DNA of 64,000 nt. Origin: a virus. Positions 10,107 through 22,143 of this stretch are shown in pieces. The translations under genes were made by a program, and so were the position numbers. The notes beneath the pieces were generated by a model that ran no database searches, was not told the origin of the DNA, and saw only the letters and a list, made by a program, of their open reading frames with translations. The stretch spans positions 71,400-135,399 of the IMG/VR virus record IMGVR_UViG_3300021142_000007. One strand, given 5' to 3'. The number at the start of each line of letters is the position of its first letter. Position 1 is the stretch's first letter.

Positions 10107-10209
10107 TAGGGGGAACAGGACTTGAACCTGTACGATGTGCGCTCCTTATTTGTACACAACAAGGGCATCAAGAGTTCCCTCCCGCGTCTACCAATTTCGC
10201 CACCCCCCT
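10107..10209 (-). tRNA. Aberrant Leu-like tRNA-like gene without a canonical anticodon loop
   Basis: Acceptor AGGGGGG/UCCCCCU, Leu-type D arm GCGAAAUUGGUAGACGC, T arm ACAGG-UUCAAGU-CCUGU; 51 nt between D and T arms. Confidence 0.7.
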
Positions 10210-13049
10210 ATATCTTACTCGCTGTCAATGACCGCGCTTATGTCTTTTACAAATTGCTTAATCAGCTTTTGTATTTGTTCGTTTTGCTTACCGTTTAGCT
10301 GATGATTCACATCATCGTTCATTGTACGGTTGTTTACTCTTTGCATGACGTTCTTTACGTCAAGTGTTGATAGACTTGTTCTTTCATTCCCTGTCATATA
10401 GCCTCTGAAAGCTACCATCTTTTCAATGAATGCTTTGTTTGGTCTATTTCTTTCGCTGGTTTTAACAGGTGCTTTGGTTTTTTTTGTTTCTACAGACATG
10501 ATATGTATTTTTGATTATGATACAAAGGTAATACTTTTTTTCAGACTTCCAAATATAACTTAATAATTTTTCAAGTTCGCCAAAAGATTTTCCTTTATCT
10601 TTGGATGTAAGTGGGGGTTATTTGTTATATGTTTCTTTAAATCCCTTCTGTCGAATTTCCATGTTTTTGGATTTATCTTGGGCAGTGGTGTGTATAAGAA
10701 CTCATAACTATTTCCGTTCTCCCAAACAACCTTTATATCTATCCATCCATTGAAATCTTCAGGTTTTATGGGGTTGTAATACGTGTAGTAATGATAAGAC
10801 TCCTCAACTTTTTTGGTTTTAATGTTGGAATGTTGAGCTTTTCTTCTAGCCCTATGGTATAGTTCAACTATCTTTTCATCGATATTTCTTATTAGTTTGC
10901 TATATTGGGAATCCAGTATTTGAATTCCATATGAGGTATAGTTGGAACTTATGTTCCTGTCATAGATGTTGTATGATGTGCTAGCTTGGTCAACGTAATA
11001 ATCCTCATTTACCAATTTAGTTGAATGTTTGTGAATATGTGTTGTGTTCCCTTTAAAATGTCTATCCAGTTGTAATCACAAATACCAAATGCTATTATAT
11101 ACAATGTAGTAAACAACATTTCTATGATAAGTCCTGCAATAGCACCAATTCCATCAGTCCATTATTCATCAGAAATAACATTTAGTATTAACCAAAGTAG
11201 TAAAGCACACGGAAAATACATCAAGAAGTCCAGTATGTGTATGTTTGTCATGATTATTAGTCTTTTATTAGTATTCGTAAAGCATTTTCCCATTGGTCAA
11301 AGAATCCTGTTGGCCATCGGTTGCACTTACCATTTTCATTAATAACAACCTTTATCTCTTCTTCTTGATTTTTAAATAAACAATAGTATCCACCTATCTT
11401 TTTTTCTTTTGCTTGGATTCTGATGTCATTGAATTGGTGTTCGTTAACAAACCCAAGGCTATTGCCATCTGGGTCAAATAACTCCCATTGATTACCTTTT
11501 ATGTCTTTTACTTGTAATATCATTTTATTTTTGTTTTGTTATTTCAATTAATTTTTTCAGGCAAGCTAGTTCGGCTTCTTCATATGATAAAAACCCAACT
11601 TCAAGGGTTACTTGTGATTCAGTAGTAATATTATCTATTGAAAAAGTCCATGCATGAGCTTTATACGGTGAATTTACAGTTCCGTTAAAACTATGTTTCT
11701 CTCTAAACCATTTGAAAGCTTGAGAATATAGTGGAGCTGATATAAACTCTTGAGTTTCGTGACTTCTAAAGGTATGTGTAAAGAAAAACATTTCTTTAGT
11801 TTCTAACTCACCATTTAAGTAAGTAGTTAAACACTCTTCATTAAAGCCTAAGTCTCTTAAAGCTTTCGATTCTTCGTATGGTACAAATAGTTCTGTCATA
11901 TTCCTAGTTTTTTTAGTATTTCTTTTTCCAAATTTGGTATGTCTGTATAGAAATCTTTATCTACTTCTTTATCAACATAATCAAGTATTTCAGGTAGAGC
12001 TTCTTTTATACCTTGTTTGATAGCATTTTCCATATTACCATAAGTGTATTCTAAAGAACTACCGTTAGAATCAGTTTTCCAATCATTGCCTTCAATTATT
12101 TTATCTATATCTAAAGGCTTCAAGTCTACATTATTAATAGGCATAATTACTGATTTTTTTAAGTATTGTGATAAGATAAATCGCCCCAGACCTGTTGGTT
12201 CAAGAGGATAGTGCTGATAAAAGCCACCCTCCAAAAGACCCAAATCATAACACATCTCCCTTTCTATTTCTTGTTTATCAGTAAGGTTGAAGTACTCATC
12301 GTTAAGTTCATAACCCCTATGATAATCCAAAAGGACCTTTAAGTGTTCATCGTCAATCTCTATTTCAGATATGAATTTCATACTGGTTTTATGCGTGAGG
12401 ATTAAAGGTGTTACCAAGTCTATAAAAATACTTATACAGCGTCATTTCAAAGCTTTGACTAAAGATGCTGAGCATCTTTATTTCTTCTATCAACTCGTTG
12501 TATTCTATATACGTATCGACATCCTTCCAGTTTTTAGTGGTTATATTTAACTCCTCTAACCTAGATTGAGTTAATGAATACTTGTAGAGTATTTCGGCCT
12601 TTAGGGTTTCTGAAACAACAACTAAATTCTTGAGGAAATTCAGCAATTCTTTTCGAATTTGAACTCTGAGTTCTTTCTTTATTTCATCTTGTGTTTTTAC
12701 TGACATTATATGTATTTTATATCTGGTTATTAGATATGCTTTTGAATCTGTCATTAATTTCCTTTAATAAGGGGAATAAAAGCTGATTAACCTGTAATAC
12801 AAGTATATTTTCCTCACCAAAGCATTCCACAACTGCTTTTCTAATCAGTGAATTTTCATCATATGAATCATTACTAAGTTCATCTATCAAATCTGATAGC
12901 TCTTTATTGCTTAGGCTTTCCATATAATTTATGACCTTATTATGTATATTCTCTGCTTGTGTTTTTACTGACATAAATTTAGTTTTTGTTTGTGTTGATG
13001 CAAAGGTAAGTAATTATTTTGAAATAACCAAATCACATGTGTTAAATAA

Positions 13050-13535
13050 CTACCCTAGTATTTGTTTTAGTGACTTATAAACGCCATCCAATTGTGTCTT
13101 GTTCTCATATGGAGACATGAAGGGGCCTATCGGCTCTTTCACCGTAAACAAAACCTTCGTGAAGTAATTGGTTGAAAAGAACCTTGAATTACATTGTTCT
13201 AGGATTTCTTCACATGTCGGTTCAGATGTCAGCAGACCGCAAAGCCAATGGTCTTTTTGCTTTCTCAACAACACATACGGATGTTGAAATATCGGGTGCA
13301 TAAGCACATCTCCAGCCTTATATTCATTTGGAAGAACCTTATTGGATGTGTTAGGCAGAGCTGTTACCCAAGCAATTATCCTATCCCTGTCAGCTTGTGG
13401 AAGATGACCCAGCAGCTTTATCTTCTCTATTAGTTGTACTTTGTCCATGTTGTAATTATTTACCGCAAAGGTAGGAATTATTTTTGAAACCACCAAATTT
13501 ATTTGAACCAAAATGGTGTTTCTCGATTTTTCCAT
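13050..13535 (-). CDS. Hypothetical protein
   Basis: ORF with internal promoter at ~13466; true start probably MDKVQ. Confidence 0.5.
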   Translation of the reverse strand: MEKSRNTILVQINLVVSKIIPTFAVNNYNMDKVQLIEKIKLLGHLPQADRDRIIAWVTALPNTSNKVLPNEYKAGDVLMHPIFQHPYVLLRKQKDHWLCGLLTSEPTCEEILEQCNSRFFSTNYFTKVLFTVKEPIGPFMSPYENKTQLDGVYKSLKQILG

Positions 13536-13969
13536 GTTGCAAAGCTACGCTTATCAACCATGTAGTATTGTCTGTAAGACTCAACTGCATTGCCTATCTT
13601 ACATTCATCTGGCATCGCCAATGCAAAACAGGTAATGCTTTGATTGATACGTATGCTAGGCTTATGTTCAATAGCCCATTCTATTACATCCTGTGACTTA
13701 TGACGCTTGCCATATCTGTATGTATATTCTTGACACAACTCAATACCCAGCTGACACAACCAATCGTAGTTCTCTACGCACTCCCTAGCCCATATACAGC
13801 AAGGATGATTCTTATGCGATAGCTTATAAGGTATGTCTAGCTGGCTTTGTGTTATATGATGAACACCACATAAAATTTGTGCTGCCTCCAACAATTGTTT
13901 TATACAATGTTTGTCTGAATGATATTCAGCACATTTTTTCGGAGACAAATCTAAAACAAATATATTCAT
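13499..13969 (-). CDS. Pyrimidine-dimer DNA glycosylase/endonuclease V-like protein
   Basis: MNIFVLD...DKHCIKQLLEAAQIL...HKNHPCCIWARE motifs. Confidence 0.8.
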   Translation of the reverse strand: MNIFVLDLSPKKCAEYHSDKHCIKQLLEAAQILCGVHHITQSQLDIPYKLSHKNHPCCIWARECVENYDWLCQLGIELCQEYTYRYGKRHKSQDVIEWAIEHKPSIRINQSITCFALAMPDECKIGNAVESYRQYYMVDKRSFATWKNRETPFWFK

Positions 13970-14651
13970 ACTAAAAAAATGGTTTTATCTTCGATTATAC
14001 GATGCTTTAACTTATTTGGAAGGTGTGTATCGATTTCGGTACGAAACGTCAACATGATGCGTAATACGTCCAAATCACCGTATTCTATCTTCTTTAGGTT
14101 ACGGTCAAATTCGACACGGTTTCCATTATCGGTTAGTGATAGTATCTTTTCTCCTTTGGCATGTTCGTGCCAAATAGCTGAATTAGAACGCTTAGCGGTT
14201 ATTCTTTCACCGTCATCAACTTGCTCCACTTCAATAGTGTATTCGTGTTCAGATGAATCGTTGAATACCAGATATGTTTTTTTGTCTTCCATGATTATGT
14301 CCAAAGGGTATATCTTATGTTAATTAATTTGATAAGTTGCTGGTTATCTTCAGTATACTGTTTATCGCTATAGTCTTGGATATCCTTGCGCTTCATCCAC
14401 CAGTCATAGAGTTCCTTTGCCATCAAACCTTCTTTGGTATTGGCATAAGCTGGGCTATGTTCGAAAAGGCCTTCTTTTTCTACACAGTCTTTAAGATGCT
14501 GGAACGAGCTATGTAGTATTAGTACATCAGCATCAACCCAACTTCTTTTATTTGGAAGCGATTCGATTTCTATCTTTCTCATATCTTATAATTGAAAAAC
14601 AAAGGTATAAAATAAAAATGAGACATCCAAATTGGTGTCTCATTTATTTTG

Positions 14652-15677
14652 TTAAAAAGCGTATGACTTATGGCTATTTGACATCGGCAGTAGCTTAACC
14701 GTATATGTCTTAACGATTTCGTTTTCATCATAGTCAACGTATTGAGAGACGAAGCTTATTTCATCTTTCGTGAACTTAGTAAGCTGGTCAACACGAAAAC
14801 CACCAATGTGCTGCCAAGAGTTCTTTATCTTTCTTTCGCTAGTAAAGAACTTAGTATACTTCTCGACACCATTTTCACTTACAATCATCTCATACTTGTA
14901 GTGTTCGAACTTGTAGTTATAGTTCTCCTTGAACTCTGAGAATGGCTTATTGAAAATATTTATATCAGTTATTATCGATATAAGCAAGTCTATGTTCAAG
15001 TTTATAAGCGAAACATTATCTTCAAGGTCTTCCTTGAATTCTTTGTTTACTAACAAGTCTTCAAGTATGGTCTCGAACAGTTCTTCAGGCAACTCTTCGT
15101 ATTCTCTTAAGAACTTTATCCTAGATGGACGGTTAATAAGGAATTCATTCACACGTTCATTGGTTGTCAATAAGAAAAGAATACGATGACTATTTGTCAT
15201 AACCCCATCCATAAAAGATAAGAAAGACTCTTGCGAATGGAAGTTCTTTTCTTCAGATGAAGACGTATTGGCAAATAGCTTCTCAAATTCATCCACATAT
15301 AAGCAATAGTCTTGCTTTATATCGTTTAGGAATTCAATGAAATCAACACCGCTGGGTATCGACTTGTTTATTATGATGGTGGGAAGATTAATCTCCCTAC
15401 AAAGTAGCTTGGCCTTAAGGCTCTTACCTTGTCCTTTGGTACCAGTCAATAGAACACCCAAGTTCTTTTTGGTATTTTCGAATGATATCTTGACCAGACT
15501 GCTTAGCCCACCATCAAATTCATAGATTTTATCTGGGAACTTGAAGTCTTCGATGTCTTCGAGATAACAGTTGCCGTTTCCGTCAAAGTTAAATAGATAG
15601 TTCTTAGGTTCTAGCTTGTCAACTATCGTCAGTTGATTGAAAAAGTGATACTTACCGTTGTTTTTTAAAATGTTCAT
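14652..15677 (-). CDS. AAA+ ATPase
   Basis: Walker A GTKGQGKS, Walker B LYVDEFEK, SRH NRPSR. Confidence 0.85.
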   Translation of the reverse strand: MNILKNNGKYHFFNQLTIVDKLEPKNYLFNFDGNGNCYLEDIEDFKFPDKIYEFDGGLSSLVKISFENTKKNLGVLLTGTKGQGKSLKAKLLCREINLPTIIINKSIPSGVDFIEFLNDIKQDYCLYVDEFEKLFANTSSSEEKNFHSQESFLSFMDGVMTNSHRILFLLTTNERVNEFLINRPSRIKFLREYEELPEELFETILEDLLVNKEFKEDLEDNVSLINLNIDLLISIITDINIFNKPFSEFKENYNYKFEHYKYEMIVSENGVEKYTKFFTSERKIKNSWQHIGGFRVDQLTKFTKDEISFVSQYVDYDENEIVKTYTVKLLPMSNSHKSYAF

Positions 15678-16139
15678 CGCGTTTAGTTAAGGCAGAATAT
15701 AGCACTGCCAGACTTTAGTGTTCTTTTTTCGAACACCTTAGTTTCATGCGCTTCGATTGCGCATAGAAGGGTTTTTATGTTTTTTTCGAGATACTCAAGT
15801 TGTTCTTCAATCTCAAGTATCTTATTCAAACGAAGTTCAAGGTGATTTGAATCACCTCTGAGTTCTTCAAGACAAGTCTCGAATTCCTCTTTGGCTTCAG
15901 ACAATTCACCCATTAACGATATGGTATCCGCAAGACTGAAGTGTTTGTAAACGAGGTCCAGTTCGAGCAGTGTTTTGTTTGTATCCATGACTTTATTATT
16001 TTGTTAGTGCAAAGGTATGAAATACTTTTGACACTTGCAAGTTTTTTAAAAGAAAAAAAATAGGTGGTCTCCACCACCCATCCGACCTATAAAAATCAGG
16101 TCTGCTTAACAAAAATCCGTCAATGCGGAGATAATATAA

Positions 16140-16766
16140 CTATTGTGTTTGTGTTGTTTCTTCCTTTGTATCTAGGTGCTTGGCAACCCAACCTTTGTTG
16201 TTTGAACCAAACGATACCATGCATGTTATGGTTATTGTGAATAATGCAATAACCGCTATGAAATAAACCAAGCTACGCTTAACAGCAGACCTTGATATTT
16301 CGTATTGCTGGTTTTCGCTAAGCTTATTGATGTCTTCTGAAAAAGGGTCGCCACGTTCTATTGTCCACATGTAGAAGTTTGGTCCCCATATCAATAATAG
16401 GAAGCTGGTGATGAACGAAGCTATATTGATTCCAATCAACCAATTTATGGCTTCTTCGCTCAAGAATAGGTTCAAGGCAGCTAAGCCAATCCAACCATGA
16501 GCGGCATCATATACGAAGTAGCCGCAAAGAAGCATAATGACTATATGGAATGGATTTCTGAACTTATTTTGATGCAATAGAGCAACAACGCAGTATATCG
16601 GACCAATGAAGGCTGCGATGAATATCCCTGCTACTAGAAGGAAGAAAGATTCAACAAATTCTATTTGCGCTAGTGTTCCGTAGTCCCATTCTTCAACTCT
16701 GAAGGTTGTACCATCGCTATTGGTTCCTTTGAAAATGTTTTTCGGGAAGATATCTAATCCAGCCAT
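16140..16766 (-). CDS. Multi-pass membrane protein
   Basis: Four to five hydrophobic helices. Confidence 0.6.
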   Translation of the reverse strand: MAGLDIFPKNIFKGTNSDGTTFRVEEWDYGTLAQIEFVESFFLLVAGIFIAAFIGPIYCVVALLHQNKFRNPFHIVIMLLCGYFVYDAAHGWIGLAALNLFLSEEAINWLIGINIASFITSFLLLIWGPNFYMWTIERGDPFSEDINKLSENQQYEISRSAVKRSLVYFIAVIALFTITITCMVSFGSNNKGWVAKHLDTKEETTQTQ

Positions 16767-17134
16767 TTTATATTTTTTTATTAGTTAATAAGACAAAGGT
16801 ACGAGAAATAATTTAAAAAACCAAATTATTTTTGATTTATTTTTAGACTTCCTCGAAACCCATATCTAATAAGCCTTTCTGGATAGGTGTGTATTTCTTA
16901 TCGGTATTCCCATCAACATAAGCTTCCGCATCGTTTATAAGCTTTAATATGGCTTCGTTAAGGGTTACATCCGTAACATCATTTACTACTTGGTAGTAAT
17001 TGTTATGGCCAGAATTGTTTATACTTACCTTATGATATCTAGCACCATCAAGTGCTCTCTCTACCTTTACATTTAACTCGACAAGTATTATGAATTCGAA
17101 ATTTTTGTAATTATGTGTTTTTCTAAGTTGCATT

Positions 17135-17743
17135 TTATTTTTTCTTTAGTAGATTTCTAAGTTTATTTTTTACAATTTGAATGGTCGCCCTTATCTCTCT
17201 GTATTCTTCATCGGTGTATATATGGTCATCGGTCAATAGGTCATTGACCATCCTTGTATTGAGTCTCGTGTAAACATTCTTTAAATCGTTTACCATCAAT
17301 GCTGTTAATTGAGTATTGTTCGGCTTGCCACCATTTAACATGATGTCCTGTTCAATCTTATCCTTACCATACCTTCTTGGAAGACTGGATTCGATTTTGT
17401 TACGTTTCTTGGGTTCTTTGACCTCTTCAACTTCTGGTTCTTCGTTATTGAGCATGACAGGATGTAGGTCTTTGCCTTCCAGCTTTGCGAAGTATAGATA
17501 CTTGTTTACTATGCTTATCTTTGTAAGAATGATATTATCGAACAAGTCTTTGATAAATGTCTTGGTTTCTTCACTTAATTTGTTTTCCTTTGACAGGGTT
17601 TTAACCAAGTTAAATGACATGGATATATCATCGGAGAATATCTCGTATAGGTCTGGGTCCTTTTCAATAACGGCTAACGCAAGTGTTTCGATGTATTCAA
17701 CATCAGCAATCTTTTCTATTGTCATAAAGCAATTTATTTGCAA
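17135..17743 (-). CDS. Hypothetical protein
   Basis: 202-aa ORF. Confidence 0.55.
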   Translation of the reverse strand: MQINCFMTIEKIADVEYIETLALAVIEKDPDLYEIFSDDISMSFNLVKTLSKENKLSEETKTFIKDLFDNIILTKISIVNKYLYFAKLEGKDLHPVMLNNEEPEVEEVKEPKKRNKIESSLPRRYGKDKIEQDIMLNGGKPNNTQLTALMVNDLKNVYTRLNTRMVNDLLTDDHIYTDEEYREIRATIQIVKNKLRNLLKKK

Positions 17744-17867
17744 ATATACTAAATAAGATTTAAAAATGCAAGTGGTTTTTTTTAGAAAAAACTTTGAGAA
17801 TTCAGATATTTTGCATACCTTTGTAGATGAATGAAAATAAAAGCGTATAGAAATATGGACGTAGACC

Positions 17868-18233
17868 TTACTTAAAGGCTATCGGGTTATCAACAACCTT
17901 ACCCATGGCATCAGCTTGCTGTACGGTCAAGTGTCTTACCTTGCCATCAGCATCTGGCTTGCCAGATACAGCTTTGCCTATTGCAGACCTGTCGGTTGCG
18001 CTATCTGCGTCACCAACACCAGCAGCACCCATAACCTGAGATAGCTTCAAAAGCTTTCCTGGGCCTTGCGTGGCGTTCTTAATCTTCTTTGTAAGAGTCT
18101 GAACCTTACCTTTTTTATCCTTATTAAGGTCTTCATAGTGTCCAGAATCAGTTTCTTTCTCCTTAGATTCTTTAGCCGCTTCAGCAACTCCCAACGCTTC
18201 CCTCAATAGTGTTTTTATATGATTCTTATCCAT
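17868..18233 (-). CDS. Putative late/virion-internal protein
   Basis: Start MDKNHIKTLLREAL; upstream ATATTTAT motif. Confidence 0.5.
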   Translation of the reverse strand: MDKNHIKTLLREALGVAEAAKESKEKETDSGHYEDLNKDKKGKVQTLTKKIKNATQGPGKLLKLSQVMGAAGVGDADSATDRSAIGKAVSGKPDADGKVRHLTVQQADAMGKVVDNPIAFK

Positions 18234-18323
18234 GTTAATTCTTTTATAATAAATATCGAAGGCTAGATAAAAACACAAAAAACCTCGGTGTACACAAATG
18301 TGTACACGAGGTTGTATTTTTTT

Positions 18324-19178
18324 TCATGAAAGGATTTCAGTGTCTTCAAGTCTTAGTCTTAGCCTTTCTAGCGATTTTTGACGTATCTGTCTAACCATTT
18401 CACGACTAATATTGAATTGCTGCCCAACATCAGCTAGCGTTCTTTCTTGCGAACCGTCAAGACCAAACAATGCTATCATTATTTCTTTGTCTCTTGGCTT
18501 TAGAGTGTTTAAGAGCTTATGAATTTCGCTCTTCAAGTCTTCGGTCATAAGACTCATATCGGTTGGTCCGAAGGAGTCATCAACCAGAACTTCACCAAGT
18601 GTTGTTCCGTCACCCTCGTCTCCACTTATATCTCGGTCAAGAGAATCCATACGATAAGAGTTTAGTAACTCTGTGAAGTCGTATTCATCGGTTCCGTTAC
18701 CGAATAGTTCGTGAGCATAAGCTTCTCTACCAAGCGTTTGTTCCAGTTCTTGAATGCGCTTATCCATCTTGGATAGGTCATTTACCTTATTGGCTGGAAT
18801 ACGAACCATACGGCCATTTTTTGTTAGGTGTTCCATGATTACCTTACGAATCCACCAAACAGCGTAAGAAATGAATTTAAAGCCCATTTCTGGCTTGAAC
18901 TTATCCGCTGCTATGATAAGACCTATGTTGCCTTCATTTACGAGGTCTTCGAGCGGATTTTGACTATTTGAATACTGCTTTGCAACACTGATTACAAAAC
19001 GCAGGTTTCTGCGTATAAGTTCTTGTTTTGCATCTTCATCACCATTGCTGGATTTCTCGGTAAGCTTAGCTTCCTCTTCGCAGGTCAGCACCGCAATAGA
19101 AGCAACCTCTTTAAGGTAAGAATTAAAAGATTCGTTTTGTCTGTTGGTTACCTTAGCGGTAATAACTAATTGCTTCAT
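18324..19178 (-). CDS. RNA polymerase sigma70-family factor (RpoD/RpoS-like)
   Basis: Region 2 NLRFVISVAKQY, DLVNEGNIGL, FISYAVWWIR; region 4 TLADVGQQFNISREMVRQI. Confidence 0.95.
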   Translation of the reverse strand: MKQLVITAKVTNRQNESFNSYLKEVASIAVLTCEEEAKLTEKSSNGDEDAKQELIRRNLRFVISVAKQYSNSQNPLEDLVNEGNIGLIIAADKFKPEMGFKFISYAVWWIRKVIMEHLTKNGRMVRIPANKVNDLSKMDKRIQELEQTLGREAYAHELFGNGTDEYDFTELLNSYRMDSLDRDISGDEGDGTTLGEVLVDDSFGPTDMSLMTEDLKSEIHKLLNTLKPRDKEIMIALFGLDGSQERTLADVGQQFNISREMVRQIRQKSLERLRLRLEDTEILS

Positions 19179-19244
19179 GCTTTCGTTGTTGTTTATGTAT
19201 TAAAAAATAAAGGTAATAAGTATATTTGAAATTCAAAGGATTCT

Positions 19245-19679
19245 TTATGAATTTTTCATTTCTCTTTCTAGGTCCTTAGCTTTAAGGCTCTGTCTTTTGT
19301 CATAGGTCTTTTTTCCTTTGGCCAATCCAATCTCCAGCTTTATATAGCCAGTCTTGGTCAAGATAATTTCAAGAGGTACGATTGTCAAGCCTTTTTGTTT
19401 AACCTTATCGGCTAGGCTAGTGATTTCTTTCTTCTTTAAAAGAAGCTTTCGGTCCCTTAGTGGTTCATGGTTGTTGTTGCGACCACCTTGTTCATGTTCA
19501 GAAACATGCATGTTTTTGATATATATTTCTCCATTTTCGATAAGACAATAGGCTTCGCTTATGTTAACCTTTCCAGTCCTTATTGACTTAACTTCTGAAC
19601 CCTTGAGTTCAATACCAGCTATAAGCTTTTCTAGGATGGAATACTCAAAAAAAGCTTTCTTATTTTTTACTATTAACAT
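19245..19679 (-). CDS. smpB: SsrA-binding protein
   Basis: NKKAFFEY...AGIELKGSEVKSIR...RKLLLKK...GKKTYDKR. Confidence 0.95.
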   Translation of the reverse strand: MLIVKNKKAFFEYSILEKLIAGIELKGSEVKSIRTGKVNISEAYCLIENGEIYIKNMHVSEHEQGGRNNNHEPLRDRKLLLKKKEITSLADKVKQKGLTIVPLEIILTKTGYIKLEIGLAKGKKTYDKRQSLKAKDLEREMKNS

Positions 19680-20133
19680 TTTTACTAATTATTTTGGTTG
19701 AGATGAAAATTAAATCCAGAGTTTTTACTTTGACTATTACGTCTTTTCTATTTTTTCTTTGGTATAATTCATATGGGTCTTTACTTGACCCGACACTTTT
19801 GCCCTTACATCTTTGTTCTATGAATTCTTGTAGACTTAATTTATCTACCATTATCCAGTAGTCTTCAGTTTCAAATGCAAAATAGTCAGCTTTACCGTAA
19901 AGCCAGGATAACTTACCTAGAACATTTTTCAATTCAACCCAATGAAAATTTTCATTATATGTGAGGTCACCCCTAGATTCTTTTTTTAAAGACTTAACAT
20001 CAATTTTTGTTTCAATCTTTAAATCCCAGTGTTCATATATATCTTCCTCTTTTTTAGGTAACGAAACATCTTCAAATAAATTTGCGAAGTCTTTTTCTTT
20101 TAGTTTACCTATTATAAATTCTTTATTGTTCAT
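19660..20133 (-). CDS. Putative PD-(D/E)XK endonuclease
   Basis: EHWD...IDVKS motif; more AT-rich than neighbours. Confidence 0.5.
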   Translation of the reverse strand: MNNKEFIIGKLKEKDFANLFEDVSLPKKEEDIYEHWDLKIETKIDVKSLKKESRGDLTYNENFHWVELKNVLGKLSWLYGKADYFAFETEDYWIMVDKLSLQEFIEQRCKGKSVGSSKDPYELYQRKNRKDVIVKVKTLDLIFISTKIISKNVNSKK

Positions 20134-20450
20134 TTTAGTATTTTAACAATCTTCATATCAATTGAGTCACCAACACAATAAGCCTTATGTCCACTATGAA
20201 AAACATGACCATACTTAGTGAAGTATATCAAGCGTGTTTCTGGTATAAAGTCATAAGGCTTATCGACACCAATGCTATCAACCCTAACCCTAATCGTTGT
20301 ATACTTAAGAGGTGGTGAAGCAATGAAAGAAATCGAAAATATGACCAAAGCAAAGAATGCTATTAGCAATCCAAGTATTATGTTTTTTGAGTCTTTGACC
20401 ATGTGTTGTTGTTTAATGCGAAGGTAAGTAATAATTTCGTAACTTCAAAA

Positions 20451-21071
20451 TTATTTCGTAGCAAATTTTGTCATAAAGATAGAAATGAGTATCATTTGGA
20501 CCTGCTTATCCAGCAAGTCATTGGTATTGGTGAATTTCATATCTTCGTTTACAATCACAAAATCAGACATAAGGATTTTATGGTCATCAGAAATCTGAGC
20601 ATTCATTTTTTGGAGTACTTCTTCTAGGTTCATGTTATCCCTTGCCATAACTCTTTTAACCCTTGTAATCTTATCAGCAATTACCGATACCACGTAGTCA
20701 AAGTTTTTATCAGCATGTGTTTCAAACAAGATGGCTGATTCAAGGATTACCATGTCATGACCCTCGGATTCTTTTTCAGCAACAAATTTTTCAAACCTTT
20801 CAGCCACATAAGGAGTTATAAGAGCGTTTACTTCAGATAGGATTCTTTTATCACCGAAGACCCTAGCTCTCATTTTGGTTCTATTGATTTCACCATCAAC
20901 CAGTATGTCATGGCCTACGATATCCAAAAACGCTTGTCTTATCTCTGGATTCTTTTCAGCTTCTCTAGCTGTTAGGTCGCTGTTGAAGACTGGAATATCC
21001 TTGTCTTCAAATATCTTTGATATCGTTGTTTTTCCAGCCCCTATGGACCCTGTAATGCCTATCCTAATCAT
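20451..21071 (-). CDS. coaE: Dephospho-CoA kinase
   Basis: IGITGSIGAGKTT, ESAILFE, RVMARD. Confidence 0.92.
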   Translation of the reverse strand: MIRIGITGSIGAGKTTISKIFEDKDIPVFNSDLTAREAEKNPEIRQAFLDIVGHDILVDGEINRTKMRARVFGDKRILSEVNALITPYVAERFEKFVAEKESEGHDMVILESAILFETHADKNFDYVVSVIADKITRVKRVMARDNMNLEEVLQKMNAQISDDHKILMSDFVIVNEDMKFTNTNDLLDKQVQMILISIFMTKFATK

Positions 21072-21083
21072 AAGTAGTAGTTT

Positions 21084-21812
21084 TTAAAACGTACCAACGC
21101 TTGGTACGCCGTCTTTAATTATCAAGTATTCATCAACATCACCCAGACAATCAATCATTATGATGCTTGGGAAACTTTCGTTCAAGTATATTTTTTTTAC
21201 TGGTGTATGTCCAACAACACAAACTATTTCCTTAACCATGTCATCAAATAGTGAACGTGGTCTTACCCATATAGGTCCCTGTGTTATATCATCACCAGTC
21301 ATACTCATATTTTCACCTATCGAAAACCCAAATACTCTTGGTTTATACTTCAAGAAGTCATTAATTTCGTTCACCATAACATCATTAACTTGTGGGTCTA
21401 TGTTATTAGGTGCCAGGGTAGCTTTAACCCAAGTCTTAGTAAGGCCAGCATGACTAAAGAAATACTTATCATGCATGTAGCACATTTGAATCAAGTCTTT
21501 ATTTATTGCGTGTTCAATTAGTTCACCTATTTCTAAGGCGTACCCTGCTTGATAACCAGAGTAGTCTTCACCGATATTTTTTATATAGTGAAAATCATGG
21601 TTACCAAATAATAGTATTACCCTATCTGGGTTAGCCTTCTTAAACTCAAGTATATCCTTGAAGTTTTCTATCTGACGATTCCCACTATAACCTCTATTAC
21701 GAGTATCGAAGTAGTCACCGATAAATACATATAGGTCTGCATCATGTTCTTTGGCCACTATGGTCTTCCATTGAAGACGACCATGAGTGTCACCAATCGA
21801 AATTATCTTCAT
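21084..21812 (-). CDS. Calcineurin-like metallophosphoesterase
   Basis: GDTHG, GDYFD, GNHD, HAG, GHT motifs. Confidence 0.9.
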   Translation of the reverse strand: MKIISIGDTHGRLQWKTIVAKEHDADLYVFIGDYFDTRNRGYSGNRQIENFKDILEFKKANPDRVILLFGNHDFHYIKNIGEDYSGYQAGYALEIGELIEHAINKDLIQMCYMHDKYFFSHAGLTKTWVKATLAPNNIDPQVNDVMVNEINDFLKYKPRVFGFSIGENMSMTGDDITQGPIWVRPRSLFDDMVKEIVCVVGHTPVKKIYLNESFPSIIMIDCLGDVDEYLIIKDGVPSVGTF

Positions 21813-22143
21813 GATTATTTCTTGTTTACTCTTTTGATTAGCTTATCAATCGATGTGTCAGAAAGAACACCTTCAACCTTAGCTTTTGCTCCGCTAAAGA
21901 ATTCGATTGACTTATCGGTTGGGATAGCATACCAAGTATTGGTATATGTGTTGTTCCAGTAAAAATAGCTGTAGTTCTCGTGCATGGTTTTAGTTTTTAT
22001 TTGTGAAGTTATTTTTTATCGTATCGTAAACATACCAACAAAGCATTGCGAATACTTCAAGACAAAAGAAGTCACCTAGCGTTACCTTACTTATCTGCCA
22101 TCTTAATACGATGTAAATCAATAATGCTGCCGCTAGGAGTATT

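Noticed and set aside
9907-10209. Possible tmRNA (SmpB is present)
   Set aside because: No G3-U70 Ala identity, full Leu-type D arm, and no tag reading frame ending in ALAA-like residues
12688-12974. Two adjacent genes both starting MSVKTQ (19-bp shared sequence)
   Set aside because: Similarity ends after six codons; at most a shared translation-start cassette
1191-17000. Recurrent ~30-bp motif as a possible CRISPR or attC-like array
   Set aside because: Spacing is irregular and gene-sized, there is no palindrome and no cas or integrase gene, and it matches the Bacteroidota promoter consensus
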